DNA of 64,000 nucleotides, taken from NCBI GenBank assembly GCA_036785375.1, contig JAWMAR010000210.1, forward strand, positions 1,426,001-1,490,000, written 5' to 3'. Below, one piece after another: positions 26,038 through 39,894 of this stretch. The notes beneath the pieces are model-generated. The model did no database searches, was not told where the DNA came from, and worked only from the letters and a program-made list of their open reading frames with translations. Position 1 is the stretch's first letter; each line of letters begins with the position of its first letter. The position numbers and the translations under genes were made by a program. The DNA comes from Leucoraja ocellata. Lineage: Eukaryota.

Positions 26038-26545
26038 ACATTCTTGCTATTGAGGGAATGCAACGTAGGTTCACCAGGTTAATTCCCAGCATGGCGGGAC
26101 TGTCATATGTTGATAGAATGGAGCGGCTGGGCTTGTATAATCTGGAATTTAGAAGAATGAGAGGTGATCTTATTGAAACATATAAGATTGTTAAGGGATT
26201 GGACACGCTAGAGGCAGGAAACATGTTCCTGATGTTATGTGAATCCAGAACCAGGGGCCACATTTTAAGAATAAGAGGTAGGCCTTTTAGAACGGAGATG
26301 AGGAAAAACGTTTTCACCCAGAGAGCTGTGAATCTGTGGAATTCTATTCCTCAGAAGGCAGTGGAGGCCAATTCTCTGGATGGTTTCAAAAGAGATAGAG
26401 CTCTTAAAGATAGCGGAGTCAGGGGATATGATGAGAAGGCAGAAGCGGGGTACTGATTGTGGATGATCAGCCATGATCATATTGAATGGCGGTGCTGGCT
26501 CGAAGGGCTGAATGGCCTACTCCTGCACCTATTGTCTATTGTCTA
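26038..26545 (+). mobile_element. CR1 3' fragment
   Basis: QRRFTRLIP...RGDLIETYKI...LWNSIP ORF plus 3' UTR. Confidence 0.92.
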
Positions 26546-27607
26546 AATGATGGGAACGTCACCCATTCCTTCTCTCCTGAAATGCTGCCTGTCCCACTGA
26601 GTTACTCCAGCATTTTGTGTCTATCTTCAGGCTGAAACTTTTTGGGTGTTGCTGTTTGAATCCTCCTGGGAACTCTATAATCAGTTGACATATTCTAATA
26701 TGCAATGAATTTTTTTTTTTTAAGTTATGATAAAGAAGTGGACTTCTGGAGAAAATGTTTCAGTAGATTAGCAAAACATATGTTCTAAAGTTTCCAGGTT
26801 GTTGTTAAGGATAGTAGTGCAAACTTTTTCCCCCAGGCATATAATTAAAGAAACCTGCCAATGTTAAGGATAGCCTCCATTAATCTAATTCAATGCCATG
26901 TAACATCTCAAGCCTTTTCTACCATTTATTGATATCATTGCTGGTCCATGAATACCATTTATCTGCCTTTGCCCTATATTATCTCATAGCATAAACCACA
27001 AAATCGCTCAATCTCACATTTAAAGTAACAATTGATCTGGTGGTCATTTGCACAAGTAGTCAAATCTTTTCTTACAACCTTTGGGTAGAGGGGCTTCCTA
27101 ACCATTCTGGAACGGACAGACTCTAATACTCATTTTATATAGTAATACTTTATTTATATTTCAATATTCTACATATAAATAGAGTACAATTGATCTATTA
27201 AGATTTGTAGATAACAAATTTGTGATCACCAAATCCTAGATTGAGAACTCCTGATAATTCAGGATATAATTTTTATCTTCCTTGCCCAATCATCGTAAAT
27301 ATCTAAATGTCTTGATGAATCAGGCTTAGAGTCATAAAGTCATACAGTACATCAGCTCAACGTTCCCACCCAACTCATCCATGTCAACCAAGTTGCCCAA
27401 TTAAGTTGTGCCATTGGCCTGCTTTTGGTTCCTATCCCTCAAAACCTTTCCTTTCTATGTACTTGTCGAAATGTCTTTGAAACATTGTCATTGTACCTAT
27501 CAGTACCACTTCATCTGGCAGCTCGATTCATACACCCAGCTCACAACAATTGGCCCCTCAGGTCTCCCTTTAAATATCTCACCTTAAACCATTGCAGGGG
27601 AGAGATA

Positions 27608-27765
27608 AAACTTTGCCTTCCATCACAGTGAGGACGAGATTCACTGTGATGGATGTTTGTGTAAATTGTGGTGTGTCTTGGTTCTTCTTGTTTGTATGAC
27701 TGCAGAAACTAAATTTTGTTTGAACTTCTGGGTTCAAATGACAACAAATAAAATCTAATCTAATC
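27608..27765 (+). repeat. Dispersed repeat with 13-bp hairpin (second copy at 37727-37900)
   Basis: TCCATCACAGTGA...TCACTGTGATGGA in both copies, ending ATGACAA plus a short pentamer tail. Confidence 0.7.
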
Positions 27766-29789
27766 TTCCCTATCTTTGGCAGAAGATCAGAAAAACAATA
27801 TTTTTCAATGTTAGTTAGATCTGGAATAGTCTTGCTGAAATCGTTGATTCCATTAATAATTTTAAGAGTGTATTGAACAGTTAGTTCAGGTTGAAAAACT
27901 TGCATCATTATAGAAAAAAAAAGTGGAACCACTCCTTTAAAAAGCTATCACAAATACGATAGATTAAGTACCCCTCTTTGTTATGATTTGCTTTTAAGTT
28001 TAGAGCATGGTGCTGGAATGGATCTTGACCTTAAACTTCTGATTCACTGTTACAATTGTAGCTGATATCATCAAATGATGCGATTGATTTGTTTATTTAC
28101 AGAAACAGAAATAGTCCTTTAACCAATTAAGCCTGTTTACTGAATAAATCGTATTACATGTATCTCCATCCCATCTCCATTTAATAACTACATCTTCATC
28201 ATTCAATATTCACAAATCAATCTTGAAGCTGAACTGACCAATCAAGCATTTTTAATGTAGCAATTTATTTCCTCCACACATTCCAATCTTTTGTCCTCCT
28301 TGTACAATCCTGGTGCCTTTGCCAGACCCCAAAAATAATAATATCAGTTTTTGTTTATTTCAGGGGTCCAGGATTGCAATATTTTGTCGAAGATAATTTT
28401 TTTTGCATTTTCATTATCTTTCTTATTAGGGAAGATTTCAAGTCTAATTAGAATAGTTCCAGTCATTGAATTATTCTTGCTTGATTATTGCGCTTGATTA
28501 TTCCTGATTTCTACATTGTTTCCTCAATTATCCTGAGAAAAGAGCCCAGATACTCATTTACAAAATGTGATCGTTTTGAAATGCAATGTGAAAATGAATC
28601 ACTGGCATTTTGTGCATGTACCAATGTATGAGGATTGAACACAGAAAGAATGTAGATATTATGTGCCGTGACTGCCATGTAGGTCTTGAGGCGAAGAGAT
28701 AAATTAAAATGTACTCTTATGGCTAAAGTGTTGTTGGATATCTACCTCTGAAAGCAGCTACTGAAACTTCACCGATTAATCAGTGTCTCTACGGTCAAGG
28801 TAATGCCATCACCTCAGGCAGAACAAAGTGCTGGAGTAACTCAGTGGGTCAGGCAGCATCTCTGAAGAAAAAGGATGGGTTACATTTCGGTCAAGACCCT
28901 TCTTCAGACCTTTCTTGGCTGGTGCTTCACCGAGGCATCCATGTCTGTGCTTTATAGTTATGGGTAACTGCCACGATCTTCAAGCTGCCATTACTGTTTG
29001 GGCATTCCAGTTGAAGCCTCTAAATCGTAGGTGGCAGTTCACATTGAGGAGCAACTCTTTAAAGATTCCCATAATGCAGGAGATCATATGTATAAGTTCA
29101 TACTTCTCGCCAGACTCTTGGTTACCATGTATAACTGTGCTGATGCTCCAAGGATTACTCTATGTAATTTACTTACCGACAGGAAATATATCCACTTGTG
29201 TCAGAATGTATAATTGTTCTTTGGCAGGGAGTGGATGAGCAATAGAATAAGATGCTAAAATAGGAAAATCAATTTTGTACTTCAAATGAGTATATTGTAA
29301 TTGAGATCAATAACATTTACTGCGCTGCTGCCATTTAATATATTCCTTGCATGACAAGAATGAGTTGACGATGTTTCATTCCAAGGGTTTTGAGGACTTA
29401 GCGACTGGCCAGTGATGCCTGTTTGCTGGGAATTATTCACAGATCATGATGTGCCGTGATGTGGCTCTGATTCCTCAGCTGAGCATAAACTGCAACACAT
29501 CCAACCTCTCAGCACATTGTTCAACATTATACATGGTGGGCTAGGTAGAAAATACCATTATTATTTAATGCTGTCTCACACAGCGACTAAAGTACTGGTA
29601 AAGCACTGTATTGGAATTATATTAGGAATCAAATTCAGCATTTAGTTTGTAAAACATGACCATACCAACAATCATGCATTTTGAGCAATTGATTAAATAA
29701 TGTTGAATGTTCTTCTTTCAATTGCCTTTTATAACTGTGTTTGTCAAAGATCGAGGTGGTGCAATGTGTGGTATAGTATTTTGCAAGGG

Positions 29790-32185
29790 TCAAATGCAAA
29801 GTGGTGGTATACAATAAATAGAGGAATTCTTTAGATCATTGATGCACAGGGATGTCCATTGTGGTCAGAAAGTGACTGCACATGTGGGTGGGGCGACAAA
29901 GGAGGCTGGGCATGCGACAAGCTTGTTTCCTTCGGTTTGGACACCGAGTATAAAAGTTGGGAATTTACGTTGCAGCAATATAAAACATTAGTGCATATTT
30001 GGAGTATTATGTGCAGTTCAAGTCATGCATCACAGAAAGGATGTGGAGGCTTTGGAGAGGGTGCAAAAGAGGTCCACCAGGATGTTGCTTAGTTTAGAGA
30101 ATATTCACCACAAGGAGAGATTGGGCAAACTTGTCTCTGGCATGTCAGAGGCTGTATATAAAATTATGAGAGGCATAGATGTTCAGAGTCTTTTTCCACA
30201 GGGTGCAAAGGTAAAAAACCAGAGGGCATGGATTTAAATCAGTGGTTCTTAACCATTTTGGCCACACAACCCCATCAGACATTCTTGGTCAGTTTCGTGG
30301 CCCCCGAAACAAAAATTGGAGAAAAAAAAACAGCCCGATTTATTAAAACATGTCTGCCAATACTCAGTCAATGGGATGGTTAAAATTGCTTCACAGCCAT
30401 CACGCGATCAAAACGAGGACGAATGCTCATCCTCATGTCAGCATCGATCACAAGCCTATTGCGTGCCTTCGTTTTCAGTTACCATGGTTGAGAATCCGGC
30501 CTCACAGCAATAGGTTGAGGGGGGCTGGTCCAATAGGGTCAGGGCACTCTTTGAAAGAACAGGACAGTCCTTCACTTTCAGCCAAAACGTGGCGAGCTCT
30601 TGTTCCATGAAGTCACTCTTGAGCTGCGCATCTTCATGAATTCAGTAAAATTCAACCTTCGCAGCCACGTCAGTATCGCTGATGGCACCGTCTTCAACGG
30701 AAATGAGTCAGATGATCCACTCATCACGAGAGCAATTGTCCAGTCCAGGGAAGTAACCTTCGATGGCTTCACTAATTGCTAGAGGGTGGGTTGAGATCTC
30801 CTCGTGGAAGTGACAATCAGCATCTGGCATAGCATCCAGGAGAGTCATCATCTCAGGGAAGATAGTTGTGTCACCATCCTCGACTCTTCTCTGGTAAAGG
30901 TGAATCTTCGTCCTGAAAGTTGCCACTTTGTCATGAGCCGTGTGTAGCATTGGGAGGTTTCCTTGAAGTGGCAGGTTCAAGGAATTCACCTCGGGCGAAG
31001 AAATCAGCCAAGTAAGCAACCTTCTTCACGAACAGTTCATCCTGTATCGTTTCATGAAGCTGATTCTCCTTCTCGGTACACCCTCTCTCCAAGAACAGCG
31101 CTATTTCCTCTCGAAGTTGAATCACACGATTGAGAACTTTACCACGTGAAAGCCAGCGCACCTCTGTGTGGAATATCAGAACAGAGAAATCGGCGCCCAT
31201 TTCTTCACACATCGCTTTGAAGATTCTTGAGTTTGTTGCGCTCCCTCGGATGTGATTCACAATCTCCACCACATCTGAAAGCACTTCTCGAAGACCAGGA
31301 GGGAGAGACTTCATCGTTAAAGCATGGTGATGTATCATGCAGTGGGTGAAGGAGACATGGGGAGCGACATCCTTCACAAAGGCTTTGGAGCTGGATCTGC
31401 ATCCGACCATGGAAGGTGCCCCAAATGTACACACCCCAACAAGTCGTTCCCAGCCAAGCTCATGTTTGATGAGGAAGACTTCCAGCATTCTGAACACATC
31501 TTCTCCCCGAGTGGTAGTGGCCAATGGCTCTGAGAACAGCCCTTCCCCGCCAGGTCGCTGTGACAAGACACCAAATGGAACTTCAGTTTGCTGGGCTTCA
31601 TGCTCTCTTTGCTCAAAACCTTGGCACAGATAATACATTGCGGCTTGACCACGGATTTTTGAACAATGCGTGTGAAACCGAACATGGTTCACAACACAAA
31701 CAGTTTGTGTGCGTATATGTACGCGCATACGCGAACAAAATACTGTATGTGGTATGTACCTTTGTTAGGTTCCTAAAAATGGGCTCAACAAATTGATATG
31801 TTATTTACGACCCCTTCATGACCCCCGGAAAAACCCGAAACGACCCCCATGGGGGTCACGGCCCCCAGGTTAAGAACCGCTGATTTAAAGCAAGAGGAGG
31901 AAAATTTAAAGAAGATGTGCATGGTAATTTTTTTTCACACAGAGAGGTATAGAAGCCTGTTGAAGTGGAATATGAAAGTGACATTTAAGAAGCATTTGGA
32001 AATGCACATGAAAATGCAGGGAATAGAGGATGCAAAGGGTGGTTAAATATCAGAAGACATAGGTTTAACACCAGAGGTGGAAGGTTTAAAAGAAACGCGC
32101 CTGGAAGATGGGATTAGATTAGATTGACATCATCATCAAGGAGGGCTGAAGGGCATGTTCCTGTACTGTACTGTTCTATGCTTTA
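29790..32185 (+). mobile_element. Old CR1 fragment interrupted by the hAT element
   Basis: RKDVEALERVQKR...YKIMRGID; RGHGFK|ARGGKFK reads across the insertion point. Confidence 0.72.
30240..31882 (-). mobile_element. hAT Charlie/Buster-type DNA transposon with decayed transposase
   Basis: TIRs CAGTGGTTCTTAACC / GGTTAAGAACCGCTG; TSD ATTTAAAT/ATTTAAAG. Minus-strand motifs [52 protein letters not shown]. Frameshifted and internally deleted. Confidence 0.93.
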
Positions 32186-32189
32186 GTAA

Positions 32190-32570
32190 CATACAAGAAG
32201 TAAAGAAAATAGGATCAGGTCTGTCCCACCATTCAATATAATCATGGCTGAACTACGATGGCCTCAACTCCTCTTCTGTGTCTTCCCACAATCCTCAATA
32301 TTTCAAATATTTATCTATCTCCATCTTAAATATATCCAATGGTCTGATCTCTATGATCCTCAGGGGCAGAGAGTTCCAAAGATTCGCCACATTCTGATAA
32401 AAGGAGTTTCTACTCACTCCTGTTTTAATGACAAACCTTTGCATGCAGCTATATCGCGTTGATTGTCGATCTCCCACTACAGTGACCATCTTAACATCTA
32501 CCCTGTCAAACACCCTTGGGTCTTATATTTTTAAATAAGGTCTCTAGTCGTTCTTCTAAATTCCATGAGA
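32190..32570 (-). mobile_element. Old CR1 3' fragment
   Basis: FYQNVANLWNSLP...FKMEIDKYL. Confidence 0.72.
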
Positions 32571-33829
32571 TATGACTATTTATATGGCATGCGGTATTTC
32601 ATGTGTTCAATTGACAAAACCCAAATCATGGACTCCAGCTGAAATGTACGTACCCGACATTACTCCTACCTTGATTGAGCGCGTGCTTTTTTCCCCCCTC
32701 ATCATCTATCACCGTTCTGTCATGAGGTTCCTGTCACCAATTGTTTGTGTTTGCTCTACCACGTCTGTTATTAGATAATTGTCCATTTCTATCTATCAAT
32801 TATCTTTCACATTTACACTTATTACAAACTAATTTGCTACCATCCAACGTGTGTTTCATGTCAACTAAACAGGAGAAAAAAGGACCATCATTTCAAAAGT
32901 TAATTGTTGCTTGTCCGTCCCAGTTTTGGTCAGCTGCCATACCCTTCTATTTAATTGCACCAAGAATGCTGATGTAGAACCCATTAAACAAACATATTTT
33001 CAGTGAAGTTAGACACCTATGCCCTGTGGTTGCATCACTAGAGGTGAATTTTTTTTAGAACAAATCTTGAAAACAGTTTGTCTGTATTTGGAATTTCTAT
33101 TACATTCAGATAATAGACACGCCAGAGCATTTTGTCCCATCTCTCCATCAATGTTGTTACGTTCCTCTGCTTAACTCGGGTGAAATAATGATAAACGATG
33201 TTGAGAAATTCTTGACATATAAATTTCCAGAGCAATGGTGGGTGCCGTCAGAAGGAGACTAATATGTTTTCGATAACAGGGAATTCAGCAAAAGTCATTT
33301 TCTGCAGATGAGATTCTTCAAGAGGCTGTTGTGAAGAATTGCGTTCAATTTGTGGAAATTTATCCTGGAACAATGAACTAGGCGTGCCCAATACCCATAT
33401 AGCTTCACTCTGCTTCACCCAGTGTCAGAAAATGAAAATGCCAATGTGTCTGTCAGACTGCAATATCATTATAGTCATTATAGCCATCTGCTTCATCAAA
33501 TAACACTTAATGCTGCTTCAATGACTTGAACCTATTTATAGCATAAGAGTAAAATATCTTTATATGGTTCATACTTCATGACTTGAGACCAATTTCCTCA
33601 AATTAAACTCGGATTAATCCTGATAACCTAAATATGGTTTCATCAGTTTTCTGAGTGCTGGCCTATGTCCTTCCATTTATTGAGAAATGCTGACTTAATT
33701 ATTCCGATACAGAAACATATCATCAGCCTATACTACCTCCCAGCAAGACAATCCCATCAATTCAACCCTCCCCCACCTCTTATTTCTCTGTAATTCTGCA
33801 ACTTATCTCTCTCGCACATGCAGAGTTCA

Positions 33830-34290
33830 CAAGTTATAGGAGTAGAATTAAGCCATTCGGCCCATCATGTCTACTCCTTCATTATTCAATCATGGCTGAT
33901 CTCATTTTCCCATTTTCCTGCCTTCTCCCAATAACCCTTGACACCCGTTCTAATCAAGAATTTGTCTATCTCTGCCTTAAAAATATCCACTGATTTGGAC
34001 TCCACAGCCCTCTGTAGCAATGTGTTTCACAGATTAACTACCCTCTGACTAAAGAAGTTCCTCCTCACCTTTCTAAAAGAGCGCCCTTTAATTCTGAGTC
34101 TATGACTTCTGGCCCTAGACTCTCCCACCAGTGGAAACATCCTTTCCATATCTATTCTATCTATGCCTTTCATTATTCTGCGAGTTTCAATGAGTTCCCC
34201 CCCCTTAACCTTCTAAACTCCAGTTCGTACAGGGCCCAGTGCTGTCAAACGCTCATCATATGCTAACCCACTAATTCCTGGAATCTCTAC
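33830..34290 (-). mobile_element. CR1 3' fragment
   Basis: AGCCATTCGGCCC...CATGGCTGATC tail and decayed ORF2 end. Confidence 0.78.
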
Positions 34291-34729
34291 TCCCCTTTTG
34301 ATTCTTTTCCATTTACATATGACACGGATAATCTATGGTGGCAATTAATCTGCTCGCACATCTTTTGGAATGTGGGAAGAAACCAGAGCACTTGGTGGAA
34401 AGCATAGAGTTACATGGAGGAAGTCCATCTAGGCAACATCTCTGGCCAGGGATGAACATAGGGCTCTGGAGCTAGGAGGCAGCTATGCCACAACAGCGAA
34501 TAAATACCATGAATCCATAAAATGTTAGGGATTCAGTTACCACATACCATGGAAGTAAAGTTGGACTTGTTTCAATATAGCTCTTGGGGCTAACTGAATC
34601 AAGGGATATGGGGAGAAAACAGGAACAGGTTTTTGGATGATCAGCCATGATCATATTGAATGGCGGTGTTGGCTCGAAGAACGGTAAGGCCTACTCCTGC
34701 ACTTATTTTATAGGTTTCTATAATCATCC

Positions 34730-35403
34730 GATTCAGATTCAGATTCAGATTCAGATTCAATTTTAATTGTCATTGTCAGTGTACAGTACAGACACAACGA
34801 AATGCATTTAGCATCTCCCTTGAAGAGCGACATAGCAAACGATTTGAATAAAAAAATAATAAGTGTCCGGGGGGGGGGGGGGGCGGGTGGTGATTGGCAG
34901 TCACCGAGGTACGTTGTTTAGTAGAGTGACAGCCGCCGGAAAGAAGCTGTTCCTCGACCTGCTGGTTCGGCAACGGAGAGACCTGTAGCGCCTCCCGGAT
35001 GGTAGGAGGGTAAACAGTCCATGGTTGGGGTGAGAGCAGTCCTTGGCGATGCTGAGCGCCCTCCGCAGACAGTGCTTGCTTTGGACAGACTCAATGGAGG
35101 GGAGCGTGGAACCGGTGATGCGTTGGGCAATTTTCACCACCCTCTGCAATGCCTTCCGGTCGGAGACAGAGCAGTTGCCATACCATACTGTGATGCAGTT
35201 GGTAAGGATGCTCTCGATGGTGCAGCGGTAGAAGTTCACCAGGATCTGAGGAGACAGATGGACCTTCTTCAGTCTCCTCAGGAAGAAGAGACGCTGATGA
35301 GCCTTCTTGATCAGAGTAGAGGTATTGTGGGTCCAAGAGAGGTCATCGGAGATGTTGACTCCCAGGAACCTGAAGCTAGAAACACGTTCCACCTCCGTCC
35401 CGT
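34730..35403 (-). mobile_element. Rex1/Babar-type LINE 3' fragment (young)
   Basis: Intact 163-aa ORF ERVSSFRFLGV...KKAHQRLFFLRRL...NFYRCTIESIL...RNSFFPAA; tail visible as (ATTCAG)n on +. Confidence 0.9.
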
Positions 35404-35480
35404 TAATGCCGTCCCGTTAATCCCGTTCTATAATCATCAAAGCAGTATGAGGTTAAAGACTGATACTACTCAGAATCTGT

Positions 35481-36158
35481 TACAATAGACAATAGGTGCT
35501 GGAGTAGGTCATTTGGCCCTTCGAGCCAGCACCGCCATTCAATGTGATCATGGCTGATCATCCACAATCAGTGCCCCGTTCCTGCCGTATCCCCATATCC
35601 CTTGACTCCGTTATCTTTAAGAGCTCTATATAACTCTCTTGAAATCATCCAGAGAACCGGCCTCCACCACCCTCTGAGGCAGAGGATTCCACAGTCTCAC
35701 AACGCTCTGTGTGAAAAAGTATTTCCTCATCTCCGTTCTAAATGGCTTACCCCTTATTCTTAAACTCTGGCCCCTGGTTCTGGACTCCCCAAACATCGGG
35801 AACATGTTTCCTGCTTCTAGCGTGTCCAAACCCTTAGTAATCTTATATGTTTCAATAAGATCCCCTCTCATCCTAAATTCCAGAGTATACAAGCCCAGCC
35901 GCTCCATTCTTTCAACATATGACAGTCCCGCCATCCCGGGAATTAACCTTGTGAACTTACGCTGTACTCACCCAATAGCAAGAATGTCCTTCCCCAAATT
36001 TGGAGACCAAAACTGCACACAATACTCCAGGTGTGATCTAACTAGGGCCCGGACAACTGCAGAAGGACCTCTTTGCTCCTATACTCAACTCCTCTTGTTA
36101 TGAAGGCCAACATGCCATTTGCTTTCTTCACTGCCTGCTGTACCTGCATGCTTACTTC
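35481..36158 (-). mobile_element. CR1 3' fragment
   Basis: GLSYVERMERLGLYTLE...LWNPLP plus 3' UTR. Confidence 0.92.
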
Positions 36159-38353
36159 ATATATGGTATATCATTATTTTAGTATGTGGTTATCTCACAT
36201 AGTTTGACCTCTTGACTCCTGTCCAAGCCATAAAGGTATTGTTGCTTTAATCCTGCCTGCGATGTTAGATGAGGGAGCCAAGCAGTGCTTTATTAGCTTT
36301 GGAGTCTGGAAGATTGGTAGATGTTCATTATGACCTACTCTGCAAGTGGGAGCATGTAGAAACCAACTTGTGAATAATGGCGGCTTCAGGTTGGTACCTA
36401 GGCCAGTTAGAATCAACAAACAGACTAAGGAAAAAAACAAGAGCTTTCCGAATAATGTAAGATCTTCCTTGGTTTAATATGAGAACAGTTTTTGACTGCA
36501 ATAATATTATTAATTCATAGATTATAATAAAAATGTCATAGGCTTAGTTAGTTCGTCTGTTATAGTTTAGCACAATTCAGATATTAATTTACATTGAGAT
36601 ATCATAACCAGATTTGGAAATTAGTCTAATATGCTCCCGTCCTTTAAAGATGGCATATGGGCCTAAATGTACATTTTTATGAAGATACCAGCAGCAAAAT
36701 ATTTCTTATATCAATGGTTGAGTGGAAAAAGTCAAGCACATGGCAGGAACTTTAAAACTGTTGTCAACAGGCAAAATGTATCTCACAACAACCATACAAA
36801 TTTGGGTGAATGTGTAATATCGATCCCTTATCCAAATGTTTCTTCAACCTTTTTTAAAAGTCAATAGTTTTTTTACATCTGTGTTTAATATATAAAGTAT
36901 AATCTCAACATGCTAGAATCAATTTCCACTCATGTAAGTTGGCTTCAGAAATTCTTGGGTGACCGAAAGGCACATTAAACAGATGAGATACTGTATCGTG
37001 GGCTGCCACTGCAAAATGTTATCCTGCACAAGGGCCAAGATATCAAGCACCACCTAATCAGTTGCACACCACCAGCATGCTCAAAAGTAGGCACTTAGTA
37101 CTCGGGATATATTCTCAGCAACAGGGGCACTGATGGACTCAGCAGGAAAAGAGGTAATTATGACATTTTGCCTGGTCAGATACATCACTGACAGCACTGC
37201 AAGTCCCGGAACCTGCACTCAACAGCTAGGTGTGAATCCCTGCCCTCCTTGTGGCTACACACTGCTGTACCGGGGTGTCGCAGAGGGCTGGTGTTGTGTA
37301 GGCTGGGGTGAGTGGTGTGGCTGCTTGAAGCTGAGATGTGGGACTCATGCTTGCAGTCTGGATCACAGAGTGACTGTAGACCATTTCTGAGAACAGACAG
37401 CACCTTTGCCGATAGATTGCCCAGAGTCGACAATCTCTCTCTGTTGCAGCTGATGAAAGCTTGCTTCTTCCCACCTTCATCTCTTTGTTTAGCTGCCTAG
37501 CTCTCTGCAGCCCAGAAATTTCGCTTTGGTAACAAGCTCAACAGCCAGTGACTGCTACCAGGGTGAGCTGTGAAGCCAAACTAAATGAGGGGTTTAAGGC
37601 GGCATCCATAATAGCCAACGGGATGTGATGAGGGAGGTGGAAGTATCAGGGTAATATGCCAACACTGGGAGCAGGAGCTGCCATTCCCCAGCAATGGATC
37701 ATACTAACTTTGATAAGATAAGATAAGACTTTGCCTTCCATCACAGTGAGGAGGTGTTGGAGGTTCACTGTGATGGATGTTTATGTAAACTGTGTTAAGT
37801 GTGGGTCTTAGGGTTTTTTTGTAATGTAAAAAACTGTAGGAAATGAAATTTTGTTCAGACCTAGTTGTTTGAATGACAATAAGTAGCATTCCATTCCATA
37901 ACTACACTGGCCTGGGGTACTGCATTTTACTAATGAGTAACCACTCCACTCACCCCAGTTTGCCCAACACGTGTTCACTCTCCACACTGAGCCATGAGGG
38001 TTTATTACTGCAGATGCCGGTTGATGAAGACCCTGATATAGATATGTGACGTTTTGACTCCTTCTGTCCATTCTTATTTTACCAACAATAAAACCATCTA
38101 GTTTGGCTGCCTCCTTTTGGCGATTCAAGTAAAACTCTTTTAAAGCTACAGGTGATTATGTAATCAGAAAAAGACGAACAACTGGCATAAAGTTGCCTTT
38201 GGATAACTTTCCGTTACTTTAGAAAAAAAGCTAGTATAGGAATAGTCTAAGGTAATTTGATCTCATTATACTGTCTACCCTTGAATAGCTTTCCCTGCTC
38301 CTCAGTCAACTGTCCAGCCTGGTAACAACTTTAGTTGTGATAACAGTAGTGTA

Positions 38354-39277
38354 ACACTGGGGGGCAGTATTAGCTGTGAGGAGGATGCTGGATGCTAGGA
38401 GGCTGCAAGGTGACTTGGATAGGTTGGGTGAGTGGGCAAATGCATGGCAGATGCAGTATAATGTGGATAAATGTGAGGTTATCCACTTTGGTGGCAAAAA
38501 CAGGAAATTAGACTATTATCTGAATGGTGGCCGATTAGGAAAAGGGGAGATGCAACGAGACCTGGGTGTCATGGTACACCAGTCATTGAAAGTAGGAATG
38601 CAGGTGCAGCAGGCAGTGAAGAAAGCAAATGGTATGTTAGCATTCATAGCAAAAGGATTTGAGTATAAGAGCAGGGAGGTTCTATGGCAGTTGTACAGGG
38701 TCTTGGTGAGACCACACCTGGAGTATTGCGTACAGTTTTGGTCTCCTAATCTGAGGAAAGACATTCTTGCCATAGAGGGAGTACAGAGAAGGTTCACCAG
38801 ACTGATTCCTGGGATGGCAGGACTTTCATATTAAGAAAGACTGGATAGACTCGGCTTGTACTCGCTGGAATTCAGAAGATTGAGAGGGGATCTTATAGAA
38901 ACTTACAAAATTCTTAAGGGGTTGGACAGGCTAGATGCAGGAAGATTATTCCCGATGTTAGGGAAGACCAGAACTAGGGGTCACAGTTTAAGGATAAGAG
39001 GGAAGTCTTTTAGGACCGAGATGAGAAAATCATTTTTTACACAGAGAATGGTGAATCTGTGGAATTCTCTGCCACAGAAGGTAGTTGAGGCCAGTTCATT
39101 GGCTATATTTAAGAGGGAGTTCAATGTGGCGCTTGTGGCTAAAGGGATCAGGGGGTATGGAGAGAGGGCAGGGATGGGATACTGAGTTGGATGATCAGCC
39201 ATGATCATATCGAATGGTGGTGCAGGCTCGAAGAGCCGAATGGCCTACTCCTGCACCTATTTTCTATGTTTCTATGT
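38354..39277 (+). mobile_element. CR1 3' ~0.9 kb fragment
   Basis: LQGDLDRL...KCEVIHFG...RPHLEYCVQFWSP...LWNSLP plus tail; one in-frame stop. Confidence 0.94.
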
Positions 39278-39894
39278 AATGAGCTGGAATACACTCTGTG
39301 TGGAAAGCTTGTTGCTAATCTATTATATTCTATGATCTGTACAGAAGCTAACCATGAAATCAAATCTATCATGCAAATAATGAAATTGAATTAATTAACT
39401 CTGGCAATTTGTTGGAATAATCTAACTGATTCACAAATGCTGCTCATTGCAAAGATCTTGGCAATCCCTACTTCATCTGTTCTACATACAACTCTGGTTC
39501 CAAACTACTGCATGCAATTAATTTTTAATGTTCTCAAATTGCCTACTGATGAACAATGATCTGCATTATGAAATAAATACACAGGCATCATTTTAGTATA
39601 CTCTCTAACTGATCGTATAAATTTAAATTGTCAACATGAAATGGTTGGTTCCCAAGAAGGAAGAAATAATCAAAAGAACTGCAGCCTGACCAAATAATGT
39701 TCAGAAATGTGCATCTATCATATAACATCCAATTTTTCATCTTCACTCTTGCTTTCCATTCCACTTCTTTGTTGACCAAATATTGACTGGAAGAAGTGTG
39801 GTGCAATGAGGTACTATGGGTGGGAATGAACCTGAATCTTCAGATTGGTTCCACACTACATGGTGTTATAGCCAATGTGAAAAAGATACATCTT

